From Amoeboaphelidium occidentale (lineage: Eukaryota), in assembly GCA_023515795.1 (NCBI GenBank), contig JALGPX010000001.1:1-64000 (forward strand): 64,000 nt of DNA, read 5' to 3'. A program made the position numbers and the translations under genes. Positions 56,051 to 64,000 of the stretch are shown piece after piece. The notes under the pieces are model-generated. The model had not been told where the DNA came from and made no database searches. It worked only from the letters and a program-made list of their open reading frames with translations. The stretch's first letter is position 1, and every line of letters begins with the position of its first letter.

Positions 56051-56734
56051 GTTTTATTTGTTCTTTGGAATTTGACTACTCTGAAACTTAGCGGATGTGC
56101 TGCATACTTGTTGTACTTGATTGTTTATAAATTAGATGAATACATTGATACATTACAACAGCAACATCAGACTGAAAAAGATGTTGTGGATATGATTACC
56201 ATTTGTGCATATTACTGCAGGCAGTATTTAATACAAAGGTAACATCTATTCGCCTCTCAATTTCTAATCTTGTTCAGATATAATGTGCAGGAGAGTAAAG
56301 TGCTGGCTTTTAAACCACAAGCGGCTGATGTTGATTTGAATAGTATTTCTATTTGTACAGGTTCAAAGGATTTTAATCAGTTGAGACAAGCTATGGAGAG
56401 TGTTTTAGGGTTGTATAAAAACAAAGATCATGATAATTTAAGACAGTTGCGTGAAGAAGCGATCAATAAGACTACAAGAGATCATGATTTGGGTGCTACT
56501 GCTGCAACTTCTACTACGTCAGCTGCGCCAAGGAGGAAATCTACTGGGACTGCTAAGCCTAGAGCTAAAAAGAACAAAAAGATTGATTCCATCAACAATG
56601 AAGGCGAAGACGTCAAACCTAACAAGAGACAAAAGAGAAAAAGAAGACGCAGAACTGTTGCGGCTAAATTAAGTGATCATGACAGTGACGACCAGGAAGA
56701 ACAAGATGATGATAATGATTCTGACTTTGCTTGA
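51763..56734 (+). CDS. SCC2: Divergent cohesin loader Scc2/NIPBL-like HEAT protein; intron 56239-56277; internal assembly duplications
   Basis: GLVHPLECIEYL, LHKCLYLKYPDFI, FVLWNL and spliced LIQRYNVQESKVLAFKP line up in order with Nipped-B C-terminal motifs (GL.HP..C.P.L; KY..FI; Y...NL; SKI..Y.P). Confidence 0.65.
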
Positions 56735-56764
56735 TGATCGCTGCATGTTGCTGTTATTACAACA

Positions 56765-58212
56765 ATGACTGCTGGTGAAACAGGATCAATTCGGAGAAAT
56801 CTATCAGGAATAAATCCACCATATCTTCATCCAAATTCATCGGATTCTTTCATGGAACCACATGGGCATGACCATCATCAAAGCACAGGTCACTCACACT
56901 CGCACTCGGAATCACATCAGCACTCGCATTCTCACTCTTCGGCACAGGACAAAGACGAAGATAACAAGTACGAAAAGACACCGACAAGAATTAACATTGG
57001 ACCATTAATGTCTTTTAAAATGCAAGGCACAGGCTCTCAAGCTAATTCTGCTTCTTATACTCCAAAGTCTTTTGCGTCAATGTATTCTTCTATGGCTGCA
57101 ACACCGCTGACTCCATTGGGTAGTCCTGCTACTTTCAGTGCGAAAAAGCAAAAGGGTATGGTGGGGTCTCTAAGAAAGTATATTGAATTGTTAATGACAC
57201 AGAAGAGCACAAGGAATATCTTCTTTTACCTTCTGCTGAATCTTTCTTTTATGTTTGTGGAAGTGTTTTATGGATACTTTACGAACTCTTTATCGTTGAT
57301 ATCTGATGGGCTTCACATGTTCTTTGATTCATCTGCGATTATATTTACTCTAACGGCATCCATAGTTGCTAAATGGGAAGCAACAAAGGAATTTTCTTAT
57401 GGTTTTGGTAGGGTTGAGATTTTGGCAGGTTTTCTTAATACTACGGCATTGGTATTCGCTGCAGCTGGTATTTTAATTGAAGCTTTTGAACGGTTGTTTG
57501 GGGTTGAGGAAGGAGGTGTTAAAGAGTCTGAAGGTGAACGGTTGTTGATCGTTTCTGTTTTGGGGTTATTGGTAAACATAGTTGGAATATTCGCTTTTGA
57601 TCATGGTGGTGCTGGTGGCCATGGTGATCACGGTCATGGTCACTCACATTCCCACTCTCATTCACATTCTCATGGACAATCGGGATCATTCAAATTTGGT
57701 TCAGATAATCCACTGTTGCATGGAATGTTTTTGCACATTTTGGCAGATACTTTGGGTTCTGTTGGAGTTATAACTTCTTCTCTTTTAATTAAGTATTATG
57801 GTTGGACAAGTGCAGATCCTATTTGTTCTCTGTTCATTGCTACGATGATCTTATTCTCTGTGTGGCCGCTTTTAAAGAGTTCAACTTTGTCTCTACTACA
57901 AAGGACACCTGAGGCTTTTGACGGAAAGCTTGATTATGTCATAAGCAAGGTAAGCCTTTTGAATGTTTGATTGTTAACTGTTTGTAGATTCATGCAGTGC
58001 CTGGTGTGCTTCGGGTAACAGATGTGCACTTTTGGTCACAAAGCGGTGATCAGTACGTGGGGACATTGAAAGTCGTGGTAGATAGTCGAAACATATCACC
58101 AGTAGATGATCAGAAAATCAAGGAACGGATTCATTCTTGCGTCACTACAGAACTAGATCGGATAAGATGGTTAACCATTCAAATTGATCGTGACATTGTC
58201 GTTGGTATATAA
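56765..58212 (+). CDS. CDF zinc transporter (ZnT5/7, Msc2-like), 2 exons; intron 57950-57987
   Basis: SLSLISDGLHMFFD, FSYGFGRVEILAGF, His-rich loop, GMFLHILADTLGSVGV. Confidence 0.93.
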
Positions 58213-58355
58213 AGAAGACGCAATATTTAAACTATTTATACGAGTAAACACTATCTCTTCTTTCTGAATTTTTGCCCGCGTCTTTCAAACCGATCAACCG
58301 ATGATCGACGTAGAATTTTTCTTCCCAATTAAAGGATTTCTTATATTCGATAAAA

Positions 58356-58870
58356 ATGGTAAGCAAATCGCAACAGGCGCCTTGTCGTAACAGAAGGGCG
58401 CATTCAGTCATTTGGACAGAGGCTAACTTCTTCCGTAGGCTGACGAAGCACAGAAGAAGCGTGTTTTCAAGAAATTTTCTTTCCGCGGTATTGAACTTAA
58501 AGAGCTTTTGGATATTAGCAACGAGGACTTGACCAAGTTGGTCCATGCTCGTGCTCGCCGTCGTTTCCTTCGTGGATTAAAGCGCAAGCCTATGGGTTTG
58601 ATTAAGAAGTTGCGTAAGGCAAAGAAGGAGTGCGAAGAGAATGAGAAGCCAGCCACCGTCAAGACCCACTTGCGTGATATGATTGTCGTTCCAGAGATGA
58701 TCGGTTCTGTCGTTGGTATCTACAACGGAAAGACTTTCAACCAGGTCGAAATTAAGCCAGAAATGGTTGGTCATTACTTGGCTGAATTCTCCATTTCTTA
58801 CAAGCCTGTCAAGCACGGAAGACCTGGTATCGGTGCAACGCATTCTTCCAGATTTATTCCATTAAAGTAA
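58356..58870 (+). CDS. RPS15: 40S ribosomal protein S15 (uS19), 2 exons (58356-58358, 58439-58870)
   Basis: [38 protein letters not shown]; 80-nt intron with GCTAAC branch site. Confidence 0.97.
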
Positions 58871-58916
58871 ACAATAAAGATCAGGTTTGCGCTGGATACT
58901 GCGATTTTCCATAGTG

Positions 58917-59663
58917 ATGGAGTACTTGATCGGCTATGGAAGCTTGATTAGTCGAAAATCCAGAGGTAAGACATTTGATTTCAAATCTCTGGTAGAAGCT
59001 GAGGTGCTTCCGGTAATTGTTAAGTCGTACAGAAGAACTTTCTCTGTGGAATGTGTTCATAATGGATCGGATCCTGATAGAGCAATCTGTTACAGAGCTG
59101 TTGGGGTACATAGAGATCACGATAGTTCCATTACTGCAGTTTTGATACCCTTGGGAAGATCTAAGAAAGAAGATCCCTCATGTAAAGTAAAGTTGGCCCT
59201 TGAAGCGTTCGACGAGAGGGAATCTGGATATCAGAGACACCTGGTTAATCTCGATTCGATTAGAATCTGGGCAGGACACGAAAGATCAGAACAAAGCATT
59301 GAAGATTTAATAGGGCATGATGCAAAAGTATGGATTTATGCATTTGAAAATCCTCCATCTAATGATATACTTTTAAATGAGAAAGATCAGTATCCGCTGG
59401 CTCAAACATACATTGACGTTTGTCTTTCAGGTTGCCTAGATTCTTTTGGTGAACACTTTGCAAGAGACTTTCTTAAGCACACATCATTCTTCGATCATAT
59501 TGGGAGCTCAAGCAAAGATTACTTTCACTGGATCAACGATCGCAACCCTGAACATCGTAACAAGAGACTTTACAAGAGGGCACATTCTCCCAATGAATTG
59601 CCAATTGCAGAAATTGATCAGTTATTACATGAGTTTGGTTATCTTTCTCATAGAAGTGACTGA
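58917..59663 (+). CDS. Gamma-glutamylcyclotransferase-like protein
   Basis: N-terminal YLIGYGSL and FDERESGY motifs. Confidence 0.75.
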   Translation: MEYLIGYGSLISRKSRGKTFDFKSLVEAEVLPVIVKSYRRTFSVECVHNGSDPDRAICYRAVGVHRDHDSSITAVLIPLGRSKKEDPSCKVKLALEAFDERESGYQRHLVNLDSIRIWAGHERSEQSIEDLIGHDAKVWIYAFENPPSNDILLNEKDQYPLAQTYIDVCLSGCLDSFGEHFARDFLKHTSFFDHIGSSSKDYFHWINDRNPEHRNKRLYKRAHSPNELPIAEIDQLLHEFGYLSHRSD

Positions 59664-59664
59664 T

Positions 59665-60894
59665 TCAAAGCATTCGGTAAGTCTTGTAACCTGACTCGTA
59701 AATAAAACCACCTTCAATTACCAACTTGTTCAAGAATTCACTTATGATCGATTTGTCAATATTCCTATATTTTCCATTTTTAAATCTAATGAATTTGTTA
59801 AGGATGTAAACTTCATTGATCTCATCCTGATCTAAAGCGTTTGTGCCTGTGTCAAATTGGTTCATAACTGGCGGAAGCTGTCCAAGTAATTTCTCATGAT
59901 ATTTCGTCAATACATTATTCTGAGTATCATTATTGTTCCTCCGTTCAAAGAATTCTTCAATAAGTTCCTTCAAATCGTCCTTTACAGTTTCAAATGTAAC
60001 AAATGCATATTCAGAATCTGAACAAATTAACTGCCCAGCCTTACACAATCTTTCAAGTTCTTTGGAAACTACAGAGGACAATTGATGAGCCTTCATAATT
60101 TTTGAGCTTGAAAGCTTTTGCCCAGAAATATGTGCAAGTTCTTTCTCAGCATATTCCATGAACTGCTCATTCGTTATTAATTCTGATAAATCTATACTCA
60201 GCCTCCCAGCTGCAATCAATTTAAGTTGTTGAATAATTTCGCATTCAGGTACAATAGCATTTTTATGATCAGATTCCTCTTCACTATCAGCATTTCCATA
60301 AAAGTGCTTGTTCAGGGCGTGCTTGTTACCATTGACAAACTCTTCGAAGCCCGCCGGTAGCTGAAACTCTTTTGAATAAACTTCCTTCTTCAACTTGACA
60401 CAAGAATACCAATGCGTTATAAGCCTTTTCGAATCGTTTGAACAATCGTAAATGTGATTGACACTCAACTGCTTCACGCCTTCGTACTCAGAAACTTTAC
60501 CGCGCAACAACAATGTGCTGCCAATTTGAATAAGTCTTTTGTATTTCTCTTGCTGGGCATATCGTTCTTTCTGATCAGTATTAATGCTTTGAACATTCAA
60601 CCAAAAGAAACACTCTAAAACACCCGTGCCATCATCCAAATGAAACTTCAAGTGTTCAGCCCTGCTCTTTACTTCAATAACAGTTCCCATAACTTCCACA
60701 ACACGCATAAGTGAGCCCGTTTTGGAATGATCATCGGAATCGAAGCACAGAAAAGCCATGTCAGTCTCATTCTCCTGATCCCCCTGCATACGAACAGGCA
60801 TAAATCGAATGCTGGAGTGAAGGTCTCTAATTAAAAGCTTTGTCGGAATGAAGAATTGTGGATGCAGTCCCAATAAGTAAGAATCGTAAGTCAT
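59665..60894 (-). CDS. STN1: CST complex subunit STN1 (OB fold plus winged helix)
   Basis: VEVMGTVIEV, LDDGTGVLECFFW, RGKVSEYEGVKQL; length fits STN1 better than RPA2. Confidence 0.75.
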   Translation of the reverse strand: MTYDSYLLGLHPQFFIPTKLLIRDLHSSIRFMPVRMQGDQENETDMAFLCFDSDDHSKTGSLMRVVEVMGTVIEVKSRAEHLKFHLDDGTGVLECFFWLNVQSINTDQKERYAQQEKYKRLIQIGSTLLLRGKVSEYEGVKQLSVNHIYDCSNDSKRLITHWYSCVKLKKEVYSKEFQLPAGFEEFVNGNKHALNKHFYGNADSEEESDHKNAIVPECEIIQQLKLIAAGRLSIDLSELITNEQFMEYAEKELAHISGQKLSSSKIMKAHQLSSVVSKELERLCKAGQLICSDSEYAFVTFETVKDDLKELIEEFFERRNNNDTQNNVLTKYHEKLLGQLPPVMNQFDTGTNALDQDEINEVYILNKFIRFKNGKYRNIDKSIISEFLNKLVIEGGFIYESGYKTYRML

Positions 60895-60957
60895 TCGTGG
60901 TCTTCTGAATCTTTTTACTTCAAACAGAAAAGCTTTCCAGCAACACAGAAATAGAAA

Positions 60958-62193
60958 ATGTCAACGAAATCCATAAACATCAGAAGAGACATTAAAGATT
61001 CCTTTTACCGTTACAAAATGCCGGCGATAATTTCCAAGATCGAAGGAAGAGGCAACGGTATTAAGACTGTAATTCCGAACTTGGCAGATATTGCGCGCGC
61101 TCTTAATCGTCCTCCAACTTATCCACTGAAGTATTTTGGTTATGAACTTGGCGCGCAGACTAAAGTTATACCGACAAAGAATGCGGGCGCTGGAGCTGAT
61201 TTGGACAAGTTTGTTCTGAATGGTGCGCAATCCGCAGAGAAACTTCAGGAAACTTTGGATGGCTTCATTGATAAGTTCGTGCTTTGTGGCGAATGCAAAA
61301 ATCCTGAGACTGATTTTGTGTTTCTTGGTAATGGGGATATTCAGAAGGAATGTAAAGCGTGTGGTAAGAAGACGCTCGCTGATATGAAGCATAAGTTGGT
61401 GTCATTTATTTTGAAGAATCCTCCAACCTCTTCGAATACTACGAAATCAATTAGTTCCGGTAAGAAACAGAAGAGAGATGATCAGGCTGGCGAAGAAGAT
61501 GACGACAATGATTACGATGATGAAGGTGGCGCAGATGATCAGGAAGAGGAAGCTGTCGAAGAAGTTGTTCAGACTGCTGTTCCTGTAAAGTCCCAATTAG
61601 ACGACTGGAGTGTTGCACCTACAAACGTGGAAAATATCGCTAATGGTGTAAATAATCTTTTGAGTGGTCCTCCTGGTGCAGCTAATGATGATCCTTTGGA
61701 AAAGCTCGCGAACTTCATTACGAACGGACAGCCAACAATCGCATCTAAGAGTATCACCAAAACAGAAAAGGAAATTATCTCAAAAGTTTCTGAATTGGGA
61801 ATTAGAAACGATAAAGCTGTGGCGGTATTGGCACAAGTCATGTTTGATGAAAACATAATCAAAGAGAAGCAAATGAAGAAATGGTCTAAACTATTTACAA
61901 AACTAATTGAAACTGCTGATGATGAAGAGAAGGCAGGTAAAGCATTCTTGGGAGGATTAGAACGTTTTGTTGGTGTTGTTAAACCTGATTTACTAAGTAA
62001 GATCGCAGTCCTTCTGAAAGACGCATACGAATTAGAAATTGTTGAAGAGGAAACAATTCTAAAATGGGGTGAGAAGCCTTCAAAGAAGTTTGTTGATAAA
62101 TCCTTGAGCAAAGAGATACATAAGAAAGCAGCGCCCTTCTTGGAATGGCTAAAGAATGCTGAAGAAGAGTCCAGCGAAGAGGATGACGAATAG
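60958..62193 (+). CDS. TIF5: Translation initiation factor eIF5
   Basis: DSFYRYKMP, KIEGRGNGIKT, CGECKNPET/CKACG zinc finger, W2 end PFLEWLKNAEEE. Confidence 0.96.
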   Translation: MSTKSINIRRDIKDSFYRYKMPAIISKIEGRGNGIKTVIPNLADIARALNRPPTYPLKYFGYELGAQTKVIPTKNAGAGADLDKFVLNGAQSAEKLQETLDGFIDKFVLCGECKNPETDFVFLGNGDIQKECKACGKKTLADMKHKLVSFILKNPPTSSNTTKSISSGKKQKRDDQAGEEDDDNDYDDEGGADDQEEEAVEEVVQTAVPVKSQLDDWSVAPTNVENIANGVNNLLSGPPGAANDDPLEKLANFITNGQPTIASKSITKTEKEIISKVSELGIRNDKAVAVLAQVMFDENIIKEKQMKKWSKLFTKLIETADDEEKAGKAFLGGLERFVGVVKPDLLSKIAVLLKDAYELEIVEEETILKWGEKPSKKFVDKSLSKEIHKKAAPFLEWLKNAEEESSEEDDE

Positions 62194-62235
62194 ACAGTTA
62201 ACTGACCATTCTTGCTTTATTATTGACTTTTGCTT

Positions 62236-63286
62236 TTACTCTCCAGATCCGAACTTCTTACCAATGACCAAGAGTTGAAGCTGATCGTAACCAGCCAAAG
62301 CACCAGCACCAGCGATAGCACGCAAAATGTTAGCACCAGCACCCTTGAACAAGGACTTGACACCTTCATTCTTGACGATTTCACTGAAGCAGTGGATTGA
62401 GCTGTTGTACTTAACAGCAGCACCAGAAGTCATCATCATACGACGACGAACAGTGTCGATAGGATAAGAAGCCAAACCAGCACCAGTGGTAATACACCAT
62501 CCCAAACCAAAGTTGACCAAGAAGTTGTCACGGATATCCTTTGGCAAAGCAGGCTTCAAAGAATCGTACATACCAAAGTACAAACCACGGTACACGATAA
62601 TACCAACACATGAGATAACGAAACCACGGTACAAACCAGCGATACCATCAGATGCCAAAGTCTTACGGTATACATCAACCAAACCATTGAACTGACGTTC
62701 ACCACCCTTCTTTGCGCTCTTGTTGTCATTAGCCAAACGGGTACGAGCATAGTCCAAAGAGTATACGAAAAGCAAGGAAGAAGCACCAGCAGCACCACCG
62801 GAAGCCAAGTTACCAGCGAACCAGACCCAGTAGCCATCCTTGTCCTTCTTGAAACCGAACATTCTCTTGAAGTAATCCTTGAAAGCAAAGTTCAAAGCCT
62901 GAGTTGGGAAGTAACGCAAAACGTTAGCAGTGTTACCACGCCACAAAGAGATTGTTCCTTCTTCAGCCATAACTCTGCGGAAACAGTCTCCGATACCTAA
63001 TTACAAGAAATTAGCCATTAAACCTTTCTAAAAAGGATAAAGAAGCTTACCCTTGTAAGGAGTCGACAAACGACCTTGCTTAATCATTTCGTCCTGGTTC
63101 TGGATCAACAACTTAACACGCTCAATAGGAGCAGCGACAGCTAAATAGAAAATGAGTCATAATTCATTGGGCCTTCGTAAACTTACTCTTTGAGATGGCA
63201 GCGCTGACACCTCCCATTAAAAAGTCAGTGATGAATGCGGTTGCATCCTTCTTTGGTGCTTCTTTGCTTTGCTTTGCTTCTGGCAT
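62236..63286 (-). CDS. AAC: Mitochondrial ADP/ATP carrier, 3 exons
   Basis: [13 protein letters not shown] and RRRMMM signature; introns 63141-63186 and 62997-63050. Confidence 0.97.
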
Positions 63287-63352
63287 CTTTTAAACAAGGA
63301 CAGAATTCACTATCTGAAGAAAATAAGTTCGGGTGAGATCGGGAGCGACCGT

Positions 63353-63364
63353 TGAAAAATTTTT
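63353..63364. promoter_or_regulatory. RRPE-like A/T palindrome TGAAAAATTTTT upstream of AAC
   Basis: Matches the yeast RRPE consensus; a similar AAAAAATTTT lies upstream of RPL4 (~24618-24628). Confidence 0.35.
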
Positions 63365-63604
63365 GATGTTGTTTGGGTTGGCTCGGTGGCGCGCGAGTGG
63401 CGAGACGGTCGCAAGCGGTGAAAAGTTTATCAGTTTGCCAATTTCAGAATGAGATAGCGAGCTATACGAGTAGGTTTATGATAGAATGTTTCCGTTTTAG
63501 TTGAGCTAGATAAGTTTGATAAGTCTGAGCCTTGAGTTGTTTGATCATGCTTTGTGATCTTGTATGAAAGCTATGAAAGCTCAGAACAGAATATCACTGA
63601 AGCT

Positions 63605-63987
63605 TAACTCATATCTTTTAAAGCCAATTAAAACATACGCCATCTGACCTATTTTTTTTGTGTGAATTTTTTTTGCTTTTATCCCCCTTGTTGACGCAAC
63701 TCCTTCTTGCAACTTTTCAAAATTTTCAACAGTTGATTGAATTATGATTCCACACGTCCCTCCTCCACCGCCACCAAAGAACCCAAACAGATCATTTNTT
63801 AACTCATATCTTTTAAAGCCAATTAAAACATACGCCATCTGACCTATTTTTTTGTGTGAATTTTTTTTGCTTTTATCCCCCTTGTTGACGCAACTCCTTG
63901 CAACTTTTCAAAATTTTCAACAGTTGATTGAATTATGATTCCACACGTCCCTCCTCCACCGCCACCAAAGAACCCAAACAGATCATT
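63605..63987. repeat. ~190-nt duplication across N at 63798, possibly the 3' end of a minus-strand gene entering from the right
   Basis: The two copies differ by a 3-nt and a 1-nt indel. Confidence 0.7.
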
Positions 63988-64000
63988 TGGTAATACTGCT

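Noticed and set aside
11894..60894. Functional cluster of chromosome-cycle genes (CTF18, PSF1, MSH4, SPDL1, SCC2, STN1)
   Set aside because: Interspersed with unrelated housekeeping genes; plausible by chance in a compact genome.
1..64000. Genome-wide TAA/TAG=Gln code
   Set aside because: Conserved genes end in TAA/TAG at their expected C-termini and long ORFs lack internal TAR; the anomaly is confined to 1-841.
63581..64000. Gly-rich minus-strand ORF called as a gene
   Set aside because: Truncated by the window edge, chimeric across an N, one copy frameshifted, and no domain recognised.
1..64000. CRISPR arrays, rRNA or tRNA genes
   Set aside because: No repeat-spacer structure or recognisable structural RNA seen by eye; a covariance-model scan was not possible.

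Overview
Gene-dense eukaryotic nuclear DNA with about 40 genes in 64 kb, spliceosomal GT-AG introns mostly 30-55 nt long and intergenic gaps often under 100 nt. The host uses the standard code: conserved genes such as RPS15, RPL4, eIF5 and AAC end in TAA/TAG at their expected C-termini. Gene content (kinesin-2, Spindly-like, dynactin p27, WDR62/MAPKBP1-like, cyclin Q-like, tetraspanin, fungal-type housekeeping proteins) suggests an early-diverging holomycotan such as a zoosporic fungus or aphelid; this is inference. Several N gaps are flanked by near-identical duplicated segments, most likely uncollapsed alleles. Main highlights: (1) at 1-1525 a Mutator-like element with an intact OTU protease ORF continues into a FAR1/WRKY-type zinc finger interrupted only by TAA/TAG codons at plausible Gln positions, pointing to a TAR=Gln donor or RIP-like CpA mutation; (2) a divergent Spindly orthologue (Spindly motif plus terminal CNQQ) lies head-to-head with a divergent Scc2/NIPBL inside a microsatellite-rich island; (3) a cytochrome b5 ending in a CaaX box instead of a membrane anchor; (4) a stand-alone Fic AMPylase; (5) divergent genes whose ATGs are only 9-19 nt apart.
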